Positions 31,709-40,715 of a stretch of DNA of 64,000 nucleotides are shown piece after piece. Each line of letters starts with the position of its first letter. Position 1 is the first letter of the stretch. The stretch is from the NCBI GenBank assembly GCA_977020255.1, contig CDROCS010002027.1, positions 186,001 through 250,000 on the forward strand. Reading direction: 5' to 3'. The position numbers were made by a program, and so were the translations under genes. Under the pieces are notes generated by a model, which was not told the origin of the DNA, made no database searches, and was given only the letters and a program-made list of their open reading frames with translations. The stretch is from Obrimoposthia wandeli. Its lineage: Eukaryota.

Positions 31709-32617
31709 ATGTCGCTCTATGAAATTTTAGGTACTTTAGAAACAGGATTTATTTTTGCTTTAGTTGCACTGGGTGCTTATTTAACTTTTAAAATAATAGA
31801 TTTTCCAGACTTAACTGTGGAAGGCACCTTCCCGCTAGGCGCCGCTGTGGCGGCAACATTGATTGTTGGCGCTGACTGGAATCCAATTTTAGCTACTTTA
31901 GGTGCCACTGTAATCGGTTTTTTTGCCGGATACCTAACCGCTTACCTCAATGTAAAGTTTAAGATTTTACATATATTAGCGGGGATTTTAGTCGCTATTG
32001 GCTTGTACTCCATTAACTTGCGCATCATGACAGGGCCCAATAAACCTTTGTTAGGCGTTGATACCGTTTTTACCTATTTAGAAGGCTTTGGGATTGCAGG
32101 CTATATCATCAACCCTGTCCTTTTAGGGTTAATAGTCGTCATCATTAAACTGGTGATGGACAAGCTATTATCGACAGGCTGGGGTATATCTATGCGTGCA
32201 GCAGGGGCTAACCCTGCAATGGCCGAAGCGAACAGCGTTAACGTCGGTCAAATGAAATTATTTGGAGTAGGTATTGCCAACGCTTTAACCGCACTTGCTG
32301 GTGCTTTATTTGCACAAGTGTTTGGTGCAGCAGATGCTTATATGGGTATCGGTGTAATTATAGTTGGCCTAGCTTCAGTGATTGTTGGTATGTCTATTTT
32401 GCCTTCTACCACTATATTCTTGGCTACATTAGCCTGTATTGTTGGCGCCATTCTTTACCGGTTAGCCGTGGCAGTTTCATTAAACGCTGACTTTATTGGT
32501 CTTCAAGCATCAGATGTACAACTGGTTACTGCGATACTCGTCACTATTGCACTGATTATTCAACAATCTGGCAATTCAATTTTTAAAAGAAGAAAAAAGG
32601 AGATTAAAGGTGATTGA
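31709..32617 (+). CDS. ABC permease
   Basis: DFPDLTVEGTFPLG, LYSINLRIM, GIGVIIVGLASV. Confidence 0.9.
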   Translation: MSLYEILGTLETGFIFALVALGAYLTFKIIDFPDLTVEGTFPLGAAVAATLIVGADWNPILATLGATVIGFFAGYLTAYLNVKFKILHILAGILVAIGLYSINLRIMTGPNKPLLGVDTVFTYLEGFGIAGYIINPVLLGLIVVIIKLVMDKLLSTGWGISMRAAGANPAMAEANSVNVGQMKLFGVGIANALTALAGALFAQVFGAADAYMGIGVIIVGLASVIVGMSILPSTTIFLATLACIVGAILYRLAVAVSLNADFIGLQASDVQLVTAILVTIALIIQQSGNSIFKRRKKEIKGD

Positions 32618-33404
32618 ATTAAAAGATATTCACGTAACTTTTAATAGTGGTACGCCTTTAGAAACACGCGCACTACGTGGTGTTGATCTGGTTGTTCCTA
32701 AAGGGCAATTCCTCACGGTCATTGGTTCAAACGGTGCCGGTAAGTCAACTTCACTAAATGTAATAGCTGGCCTTGCACCGGTTAGCCAAGGCAAAGTGAT
32801 AGTCGCTGGCGATGATGTTACCCATTGGCCTGTTCATCAACGTGCCAAGTTTTTATCTAGGGTATTTCAAGATCCTAAAATGGGCACTTGTGAAGATTTA
32901 TCCATATTAGAAAACTTTGCTTTAGCGCACGGGCGCACTGCTCATCGCGGCTTTGCAGCAGCAGTTACTAAAGAAATTCGTGAGCAAACAGCGAATCGCC
33001 TGGAAATACTCGGTTTGGGACTTGAAAACAGGTTAGACGATAAAGTGGGTCTCTTATCAGGTGGGCAACGCCAAGCGGTATCACTTTTAATGGCGACAAC
33101 AGGCGACACTAAAGTACTGCTACTAGATGAACACACCGCTGCGTTAGACCCTAAAACTGCAGCTTCTATCTTGCAGCTCTCTAAACAGATAGTGGAGCAA
33201 ATGGGTTTAACCGCCGTAATGGTGACACACTCAATGGCACAAGCGCTGCAAACTGGGGAGCGCACTATAATGTTTCATCGAGGAAAAATAGTCTTTGACG
33301 CATCTGGCGCCCAAAGAAAAGGAATGCAAGTTGAAGACTTACTCGCTTTATTCAAAGAACAGCAAGGGGAAGAACTTGCCGATGACTCTCTGCTGCTAGG
33401 CTAA
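32610..33404 (+). CDS. ABC ATP-binding protein
   Basis: GSNGAGKS, LSGGQRQ, LLLDEHTAALDP. Confidence 0.95.
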   Translation: MIELKDIHVTFNSGTPLETRALRGVDLVVPKGQFLTVIGSNGAGKSTSLNVIAGLAPVSQGKVIVAGDDVTHWPVHQRAKFLSRVFQDPKMGTCEDLSILENFALAHGRTAHRGFAAAVTKEIREQTANRLEILGLGLENRLDDKVGLLSGGQRQAVSLLMATTGDTKVLLLDEHTAALDPKTAASILQLSKQIVEQMGLTAVMVTHSMAQALQTGERTIMFHRGKIVFDASGAQRKGMQVEDLLALFKEQQGEELADDSLLLG

Positions 33405-33681
33405 GGAAGTAGCGAACAGGTCCCAGACGCCCTTGCGTACAGGACTTTTTGTGCTTGAGGCAATAGTTACAGGCGGGCTGGTGGCTCGGCGAAAAACATT
33501 AACAAAGAGCACGAATAATCCTGCGAGCCCCTTAAGGGTGCTTATGTTCTCAAAGAAAGCTAAGCGGTCAACTCCTTTGTCAGAACATTTGTAAAGGACT
33601 GGCCATTCAATGCACGTCCTTGTACGCATTTAACCGCTTAGTTATCCACAGGGAACATCTGGGAACTTATTCGCTACCTCC
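33405..33681. mobile_element. IS5-like non-autonomous element (277 bp, TSD CTAA)
   Basis: Left end GGAAGTAGCGAACAGGTCCCAGA; right end (reverse complement) GGAGGTAGCGAATAAGTTCCCAGA; CTAA at 33401-33404 and 33682-33685; no transposase-length ORF. Confidence 0.8.
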
Positions 33682-33939
33682 CTAAGGTCTTTAATAAAGT
33701 GAATATTACTTTTTTTGATAAACAGGCTTTTTCATTATTTTAAAAAAATCCCAATTTTTCTCCCTATTTCGCATCTCAATAAAGCACTCATAAATAACTC
33801 ACTTATTATGTTGCATATGCAACATCAAACCATTATGCTCTGCATAGACATTGAGCGCTATTTAGCCAATTATCTGTTTACTACACCGGATTATTTTCGT
33901 TTTCAATATAAGATCCAATCATAAAATAAAGGAGTTTAT

Positions 33940-34530
33940 ATGCCACTTATCACCCCCTTAGCAGAAGACACCAACAGTGAAGTTGCCGAGCTAGCAAAAT
34001 TCTTTAACGAGACTTTAGGCTTTTGCCCAAACAGTGTTTTAACCATGCAGCGTCGCCCCGCTATCGCTGCAGCTTTTATTAATCTGAACAAAGCAGTGAT
34101 GGCTAATGAAGGTAGAGTGACTGCTGAACAAAAGCGTCTCATTGGCTATTTGACCAGTGCGAATACTGGTTGTCGTTACTGTGAGGCTCACACGATCTTG
34201 GCTGCTGAGCGCTACGGAGGAAGCGAAGCAAGGCTAGCTAATATTTGGCTGTTTAGAGAAAGTGATTTATACACGCCCGCTGAAAAAGCAGCCTTTGAGC
34301 TCGCCCTTGCCGCCTCTAGCGTGCCAAACGCCGTAGATGAGGAAATCACTCGCCAAATCAATACTTACTGGGATGAGGGCGAAGTGGTAGAAATACTGGG
34401 AGTGATAGCCCTTTTTGGCTACCTCAATCGCTGGAACGACTCAATGGGTACAACCATGGAAAGCGGTGCTATAAACGCAGGTGAACGCCTGTTAGCTGAA
34501 ACACCTTGGAGTCGCGGCAAACATACATAG
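33940..34530 (+). CDS. Carboxymuconolactone decarboxylase/AhpD-like protein
   Basis: GFCPNS, GCRYCEAH, LNRWND. Confidence 0.85.
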   Translation: MPLITPLAEDTNSEVAELAKFFNETLGFCPNSVLTMQRRPAIAAAFINLNKAVMANEGRVTAEQKRLIGYLTSANTGCRYCEAHTILAAERYGGSEARLANIWLFRESDLYTPAEKAAFELALAASSVPNAVDEEITRQINTYWDEGEVVEILGVIALFGYLNRWNDSMGTTMESGAINAGERLLAETPWSRGKHT

Positions 34531-34613
34531 GTTTTCGTTCAAGCTTTATTTTGCAAAGTGCGCTAGGCTCACTTTGCTTTACCTATCAGCTATTAATAGA
34601 TGATGCCGAACGC

Positions 34614-34635
34614 ATAGATAGATAGATAGATAGAT
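34614..34635. repeat. (ATAG)5 tetranucleotide microsatellite
   Basis: ATAGATAGATAGATAGATAGAT, intergenic. Confidence 0.85.
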
Positions 34636-34998
34636 TTATGATCGAGTTCGAGGAATAACTTAAACCTCTTTTTTTAAATAACTAACAGTGCAGTTGCACA
34701 GAAAAATTCACACCCTCAAGAAAAAATCACCTTAAACTTTACAGTTCCTATTATGATTGATTTATCTACTTTTATTGTTCAGTTTACGCAATATTACATG
34801 CTTTCAGTTGCTTCGATGAGTTCAATATATTCGATCAGTCTTTACGAACTATTTGACCAATTTAACTTTAGATAAGGTTTGCAAAAAATCACAGCTTCTT
34901 GAGCATTTATAATGCATAAAAACATTTGTCAGTTTTAAGCTGATTTTAAAAAACAACCATTTCCCTTCCTGCAGCAATACCGGCCACAGGGCTAATTA

Positions 34999-35155
34999 GT
35001 GCTCATCCAGAAACGAATATCTACTGCGAACGCCTCACTAACTCATCTACTCACGACTAGATTTAATTGTTTGGAATAACCAAACGCCCATATCTAGTAG
35101 TACGTATCTTGATCATTGAGACGCTCTCGTGACGACCCCGCTTCAGGATGAGCTC
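34999..35155 (+). mobile_element. MITE family A, copy 2 (157 bp, TSD TAATTA)
   Basis: GTGCTCATCCAGAAACG...GCTTCAGGATGAGCTC; TAATTA at 34993-34998 and 35156-35161. Confidence 0.88.
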
Positions 35156-35390
35156 TAATTAAACGAGCTTTGGCGTGCATTAAAACCCCACCTAGACTTA
35201 ATTATTGTACTATTACTAATGGCTATTATCATTCACCTGCTCGCTATCACCAACTCAATATTATTTGCAGCTATGAAGCGAAGATGAGAACAATACAAAA
35301 ATGTTTTATAAACAAACACAATTAAGCAACCCACAGTAAGCTAATCTAAAACAGCAACACCAGGTACTAAATAAATAAAAGGAACAACAA

Positions 35391-36104
35391 GTGAAAGCAA
35401 GTCTTGAAGTCTGTATTGATAACGTAGCTGGCCTTAAAACCTGTGAGGCAGCTAAGGTAGATCGAATAGAACTGTGCTCTGCACTTGAGTTAGGCGGTTT
35501 AACTCCCAGTGTGGGTTTGATGCAAGCTGCCAGCCAAAGCAATATTGCGGTATATGCAATGATACGTCCAACAACAGGCGCTTTTGCTTATGATAAAGCT
35601 GCTGTTGCCTGTATGACAAAAGATATAGAAGTAGCTAAAGAGCTAGGCCTAGCCGGTGTTGTATTAGGAGCGGCTACACCTAAATTAGAACTCGACTTAG
35701 CCGTGCTCACCGAGCTTTGCAGCGCTACTGAAGGCATGGGTAAAACACTACACCGTGTAATTGATATTATGTATGATCCTTTCAGAGCCATTGACCAAGC
35801 CATCGATTTAGGCTTTGAGCGAATATTAACCTCCGGCGGTCAGCTCGCGGTCATGCAAGGCATAAATCAACTCGCAAAAATGCAGGCATATGCAAAAGAC
35901 CATATTGAGATTATGGCAGGTTCTGGAGTTTCAGCCGAGAATGTCAGCGAACTACTGTTACAAACAAAGATAAAAGCCATACACAGCTCTTGCTCTAGTC
36001 AAGTTGATGTGGATGCTCAAGCAGTAGCGTTTGGATTCGCCAGCCAAAGGTGTAGCCAAACAAGCTTAAAGAAAATTCGTGCCCTGCAGCAATTACTTGT
36101 ATAA
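35391..36104 (+). CDS. cutC: CutC family protein
   Basis: LEVCID, DRIELCSAL..GGLTPS, MIRP, TLHR, RILTSGG. Confidence 0.92.
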   Translation: MKASLEVCIDNVAGLKTCEAAKVDRIELCSALELGGLTPSVGLMQAASQSNIAVYAMIRPTTGAFAYDKAAVACMTKDIEVAKELGLAGVVLGAATPKLELDLAVLTELCSATEGMGKTLHRVIDIMYDPFRAIDQAIDLGFERILTSGGQLAVMQGINQLAKMQAYAKDHIEIMAGSGVSAENVSELLLQTKIKAIHSSCSSQVDVDAQAVAFGFASQRCSQTSLKKIRALQQLLV

Positions 36105-36311
36105 AAATAACGTATATTGTAAGACTATTAATACCAGCTTCTTACCACTCACTCTTAAACACACTACAGATGCCCTTTTCCATTACCCCTTAATTAATTC
36201 TTCGATAATCCTTTATTTATTTAGTTTGTTTTTGCAATGATTGTAGTGTCTAATCTTAGAATAGATATATTTGAGCAAAATAGCCGTACCCCCTAAACCA
36301 ATTATTTAAGG

Positions 36312-38000
36312 ATGAATAATATGGGATTCTTTCGAAATTTATCAATTGGCAATAAAATTGGCGGGATAGTGATTATCCTGATTAGCTTGTTATTGATCAG
36401 CTCAGTTTATGGCTTTATTAAGGTCAGTGGTATTGGCAGCGAAATGAAGACCGTGCAAGCAGAAGACATGCCGCTTATCCAATTAATGTCGGACGTTACG
36501 GTTAAGCAACTCGAAAAAGCAATATTGATCGAGAAAGCAATGCGTATTGCCGGAGTTACTGATTCCAATGAGTCTGTCTCTGAAATACACCAGCAGATAA
36601 AGCAATTAGCCGATCAGATCGATCACGAAATAAAGGAAGGCGAAGAGATCCTACTAATCGCCAAGACTCATTCGTTGTCTGATCAACAACTCACTGAACT
36701 GTTGAATTTGGAGAAATTTCTTTTCTCTATAGAAAAAGAGCATATGCAATATGAGAGCAAAGTTGAACATTTAATGGAGTTATTGGAAAGCGGCGAAAAG
36801 GTAGCAAGTTCGCAAGTACACGACGTGGAAACGGCACAGAAAAAGCTTAACCACCACCTTGAAGAAGCGCTAGTCAACGTCGAATCAATGACCGACCACG
36901 CACTGGAAACCGTTCTACATAACGAAGAGTCTGCTCTGCTAAGTATGATCTTAATAAGCCTGCTTTCCAGTATCACAGGTATTGTTTTGGGTGTTCTTAT
37001 CACCCGAGCCATCACTAAGCCCCTTGCACATGCTGTAGAGACAGCGAATAGACTTGCTGAGGGCGATCTTACCGTTGAAGTCAATGTACAATCCAGCGAC
37101 GAGACAGGTCAACTGCTACTTGCTATGCGTAAACTGACAGAAAATTTACGTAAAATAATCACTCAAGTAGCAACTTCAACGGAGCAATTAACTGGCGCAA
37201 CGGTTGAAATGACGGCGGTAACAAAACAGACAGCTGACAATCTGGAAGCTCAAAAAAATGATCTAAGCCAGGCATCTGTGGCCATTAACCAGATGTCTGC
37301 TACGGTACAAGAAGTAGCACAAAGTGCTGCACTTGCTGAAAAATCAGCTCGACGGGCCGATACGCAAGCGAGCCACGGAGGTTCTGTGGTCAATCAAGTC
37401 AGCGATTCTATCAATACCCTGGCAACAGAAATTGAAGACACTCAGGCTGTTATCAACCGGCTCGATAACGAAACCGATAATGTCGACTCTATTCTTGAGG
37501 TGATTACATCCATCGCGGAGCAAACAAATTTGTTAGCTCTGAATGCTGCTATTGAAGCGGCGCGGGCCGGAGAGCAAGGTCGCGGTTTTTCCGTGGTAGC
37601 AGATGAGGTTCGTACACTTGCCAGCCGTACACAAATGTCTATTTCTGAAACCCAGCAGATTACCGGACGTCTGAAAAGCGAGACGAACACTTCCGTTCAG
37701 GCGATGAAAAATGGCCATGAAAAAACGAATTTCACTGTTGAGCTATCGAAACAAGCCGGGCAAGCACTAATGGAAATATCTCAAGCCGTAACCAGCATCA
37801 ATGAGATGAACATACAAATAGCGAGTGCGGCTGAGCAACAAAGCGTAGTGACTGAGCAAACCAATGTTTCTATCAACAGAATTAATCAAGCAGCGATAGA
37901 GAACTCTGCCGGGGCCCAGCAACTAGCTACCGCAACAGAGGAAATCGCTCAGTTATCTGAAAACCTTAAGCAGCTTGTCGGGTATTTTAAGGTCGCATAA
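36312..38000 (+). CDS. Methyl-accepting chemotaxis protein (TM-4HB-TM-HAMP-MA)
   Basis: [37 protein letters not shown]. Confidence 0.95.
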   Translation: MNNMGFFRNLSIGNKIGGIVIILISLLLISSVYGFIKVSGIGSEMKTVQAEDMPLIQLMSDVTVKQLEKAILIEKAMRIAGVTDSNESVSEIHQQIKQLADQIDHEIKEGEEILLIAKTHSLSDQQLTELLNLEKFLFSIEKEHMQYESKVEHLMELLESGEKVASSQVHDVETAQKKLNHHLEEALVNVESMTDHALETVLHNEESALLSMILISLLSSITGIVLGVLITRAITKPLAHAVETANRLAEGDLTVEVNVQSSDETGQLLLAMRKLTENLRKIITQVATSTEQLTGATVEMTAVTKQTADNLEAQKNDLSQASVAINQMSATVQEVAQSAALAEKSARRADTQASHGGSVVNQVSDSINTLATEIEDTQAVINRLDNETDNVDSILEVITSIAEQTNLLALNAAIEAARAGEQGRGFSVVADEVRTLASRTQMSISETQQITGRLKSETNTSVQAMKNGHEKTNFTVELSKQAGQALMEISQAVTSINEMNIQIASAAEQQSVVTEQTNVSINRINQAAIENSAGAQQLATATEEIAQLSENLKQLVGYFKVA

Positions 38001-38127
38001 AACGCTTAAAGGCCAGAGTAAATACTCATAAATTTACTATGAAAGCCTAAAGCGTTTATCAAATTGTAAAATGTTCGGTGTTGGCCAATTTCAGCCATCG
38101 GATAAAATATTCCAAAAAAGACGGAAA
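37947..38127 (+). repeat. Direct repeat copy 1: MCP 3' end plus ~125 bp of downstream flank
   Basis: Homologous to 44032-44212; the non-coding part has about 8 differences in ~116 nt. Confidence 0.85.
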
Positions 38128-38173
38128 TTGGCACAACGCGGACATACCAACGCCAACCACAGCAGCGTAGTTA

Positions 38174-38332
38174 GTGCTCATCCTGAAACGGGGTCGTCGC
38201 GAGAGCGTTTCAAGCACTCAAGATACGTACTTCTAGATATAGGCGTTTGGTTATTCCAAATAACTAGATCTTGTAGTATGTAGATTGAGTTAGTGAGGCG
38301 TTCGCAGTAGGCATCCGTTTCTGGATGGGCAC
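38174..38332 (-). mobile_element. MITE family A, copy 3 (159 bp, TSD TAGTTA)
   Basis: Reverse orientation relative to copies 1-2; TAGTTA at 38168-38173 and 38333-38338. Confidence 0.9.
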
Positions 38333-38338
38333 TAGTTA

Positions 38339-38497
38339 GTGTTCATCCTGAAACAGGGTCGTCGCGAGAGCGACTCAATGATTCAAGATATGTACTACTA
38401 GATATGGGCGTTTGGTTATTCCAAATAACTAGATCTTGTAGTGAGTAGATTGTGTTAGTGAGGCGTTCGCAGTAGGCATCCGTTTCAGGATGAACAC
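38339..38497 (-). mobile_element. MITE family A, copy 4 (159 bp), in tandem with copy 3
   Basis: Shares TAGTTA 38333-38338 with copy 3; TAGTTA again at 38498-38503. Confidence 0.9.
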
Positions 38498-38526
38498 TAG
38501 TTAGCTTAGCGGTTTTTGTTAAGCTT

Positions 38527-38943
38527 CTAACTTCCCATTCCTGGCGGTAGAATGTCAAATTTTGGCACATCGTTAGGGAAGGTTGCCCATGATGGTGCTG
38601 AAGATGCGTAGATTGACATTTTAGGAGTGAACTTATTATTTTTTAATGAAGTTGCTGACACGGAGTAAAAATTACCCGCTGTTACCTCTGCGCACAAAGC
38701 AGTGCTACAAGTGCCACAGAACTGATAATTTACCGCATTACCTGAACTGCCAGCACGCGTATATGATGAAGGTGTACCTTTTGTAAATTTAAAATTATCT
38801 TTTGACACCCAAAGCCCAAACCATTTGTCTGAGCTAGTGAGCGCTTGACACTCCTTGCAATAGCAAAAAATCGAATTTATTGGGTCGTTATCAAAGTAAA
38901 ACTCAATGTCGCCGCAGCGACAACTTCCAATATGTCTTTCCAT
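38527..38943 (-). CDS. GFA family (glutathione-dependent formaldehyde-activating) Zn protein; ATG at 38943 with GGAGA RBS
   Basis: GSCRCG, CYCKECQ, FCGTCS. Confidence 0.88.
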   Translation of the reverse strand: MERHIGSCRCGDIEFYFDNDPINSIFCYCKECQALTSSDKWFGLWVSKDNFKFTKGTPSSYTRAGSSGNAVNYQFCGTCSTALCAEVTAGNFYSVSATSLKNNKFTPKMSIYASSAPSWATFPNDVPKFDILPPGMGS

Positions 38944-39037
38944 GTTATCTCCGATCTGGTTGATGTCCAACGACGATTTCGTAAAATTATTCATATTTAA
39001 TTTCGTTTCCAAAGATGGGACTTCATCTTAGAGTAGA

Positions 39038-39067
39038 TTTTATATATGATAAAGAACATATATAAAA
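39038..39067. promoter_or_regulatory. Probable TetR operator
   Basis: Perfect 11-bp inverted repeat TTTTATATATG-N8-CATATATAAAA between divergent GFA and TetR genes. Confidence 0.65.
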
Positions 39068-39082
39068 AGAAGGCTCAGCCCT

Positions 39083-39664
39083 ATGCCATATACAAAGACG
39101 CACAAAAGCATAACCCGGGAGAAAATTCTTGATAGCTCCTTCAGACTATTTGCAATAAAAGGTTTTGAAGGCGTTACTATCGATGATTTGATGAATAACT
39201 GTGGGCTTACTCGTGGCGGATTTTATGCGCATTTTACGAATAAAGCAGAACTTTACCGTGAGGCATTAAAATTTAGAGCCAGCAGCACTAAACTTGCCAG
39301 CCTTAAGCCAGAGGGTACATCTAATAAAGAGTGGTTGTCTTTGTTGCTAAATAAATACCTAAGCTTGGAGCATGTGAAAGGAGAGCGCTCTTTGTCTTGT
39401 CCGTTAGCGTTCTTGGCCACTGACATCAATATGCAGGATAAAGCAATAAAAACAGCTTATACCGACGTTTACTATGGCATGAATACAGCAATTATGGAGT
39501 ATGCGAATAGCTATACCGACTGTGACGAACAAGATATTTTATCAGTAACCGCAATGATGATAGGCGCTGTCGCTATAGCTAGAACTCTTCAGAATCAAGA
39601 TTCGATTGAGAGTTTACTAGCAGCGTGCAGGCGAGAAGCAGGTGTAAAGTTGGGTGGAATATAA
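39083..39664 (+). CDS. TetR family regulator
   Basis: REKIL...F...GFEGVTIDDLM...GLTRGGFYAHF..K. Confidence 0.92.
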   Translation: MPYTKTHKSITREKILDSSFRLFAIKGFEGVTIDDLMNNCGLTRGGFYAHFTNKAELYREALKFRASSTKLASLKPEGTSNKEWLSLLLNKYLSLEHVKGERSLSCPLAFLATDINMQDKAIKTAYTDVYYGMNTAIMEYANSYTDCDEQDILSVTAMMIGAVAIARTLQNQDSIESLLAACRREAGVKLGGI

Positions 39665-40272
39665 CAGCTTTATTGCGCACCTCTCATTTATCTGAAAGTG
39701 ATAGTCAGAAAACGTGTTAACTTTTAAGTTGTTTTTACATTGCAAACGGTAGTTTTCGAGACTCCTCATTTTTCCCGAACTATTCCCTCCGCTATCTATC
39801 CGCGAGAGCAGTTTAACTAACTGATTTTAAAAGGAATCGAGAATATTACTTTGTGGCAAAGTGCGCCACGATCGTATAATAACTATCTAACAATATGGAA
39901 ATCATTGATGCACTTTATAAAAATAAAAAAATAGATTTTTGCTATTCACATAAATAAAACATACAAAGAATGAATGTTTTGGTGAGTCATTCAAAGACTT
40001 TTGTATTCATATAACTCAGGACCTCTCCTTAACTTCATGCTCACACTGAGAATACTTGTATTAATCGCCTTTGTATTAAATTCAAGAAAACCCGCGGCCA
40101 CGGTGCTATAGCAACTCCTTCATTTACCCATCACATTTCCTTTAAACCCTTGCCCGACAATCATCTTCGATATTTAAGAGTCAGATATTGAGACTCAAAT
40201 CCTATTTAAAGTATGCGCTGTACTAGAACACTAATTATTACAATAAATGAAGCTATTACTTTATCTCTGGGT

Positions 40273-40287
40273 TGTTATAATATAACC
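40273..40287. promoter_or_regulatory. Zur box
   Basis: TGTTATAATATAACC, 14/15 match to the proteobacterial Zur core TGTTATAATATAACA, upstream of zinc-uptake genes. Confidence 0.8.
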
Positions 40288-40329
40288 TTTAGAATATCCT
40301 TTCATAACCATTCATTCAAATTGACACTC

Positions 40330-40623
40330 ATGTATTTAAAAGCCTTTCACACTAAGATGACCAGTTGCATACTTGCTCTACTGCTCTTGTTATCAGTGCA
40401 GGCCAATATATTGCATGGCATTGATCATGACGAACAGCATCACAGCGAACACCACTGTAGTTTGTTCCAAAGCTGCGGGCAGTTGATGAATGTCACTATG
40501 CTCACCATCGCAGTGATTGTGATTACCTTTATTGCTGCCTTAACACCAGCCATTCGACTGCCTCAGTTAACAGCTTTTACAACAAGAGTCCGCGGACCTC
40601 CAGCCATCTATTTTCCTATATAA
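40330..40623 (+). CDS. Small His-rich membrane leader protein with C-terminal RGPP (DUF2607/DUF2946-like)
   Basis: MYLKAF...ILALLLLLSVQANILHGIDHDEQHHSEHHC...hydrophobic segment...RVRGPPAIYFPI*. The ORF-track start at 40213 would run through the Zur box. Confidence 0.7.
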   Translation: MYLKAFHTKMTSCILALLLLLSVQANILHGIDHDEQHHSEHHCSLFQSCGQLMNVTMLTIAVIVITFIAALTPAIRLPQLTAFTTRVRGPPAIYFPI

Positions 40624-40655
40624 ACACTTCTACTCATTACATTAAGATTCAATAA

Positions 40656-40692
40656 AAATAACAGCGCCAATATGACACGCTGTATATTTTTC
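40656..40692 (+). terminator. Hairpin plus short T-run between the leader ORF and zrgA (possible attenuator)
   Basis: AAATA-ACAGCG / CGCTGT-a-TATTT stem, then TTC TT. Confidence 0.4.
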
Positions 40693-40715
40693 TTGGTCTA
40701 TTTTTAAGGAAAATT

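Noticed and set aside
34700-34990. Possible transposase remnant (EYIELIEAT) on the minus strand
   Set aside because: One short motif amid stops; similarity too weak to call.
38168-38503. CRISPR-like array
   Set aside because: Two full 159-bp homologous units separated by 6 bp; no unique spacers and no cas genes.
39660-39730. attC-like integron site after the TetR gene (also 51190-51250)
   Set aside because: The RYYYAAC/GTTRRRY pairs are imperfect, internal L boxes are not evident, neighbouring genes are divergent and there is no integrase.
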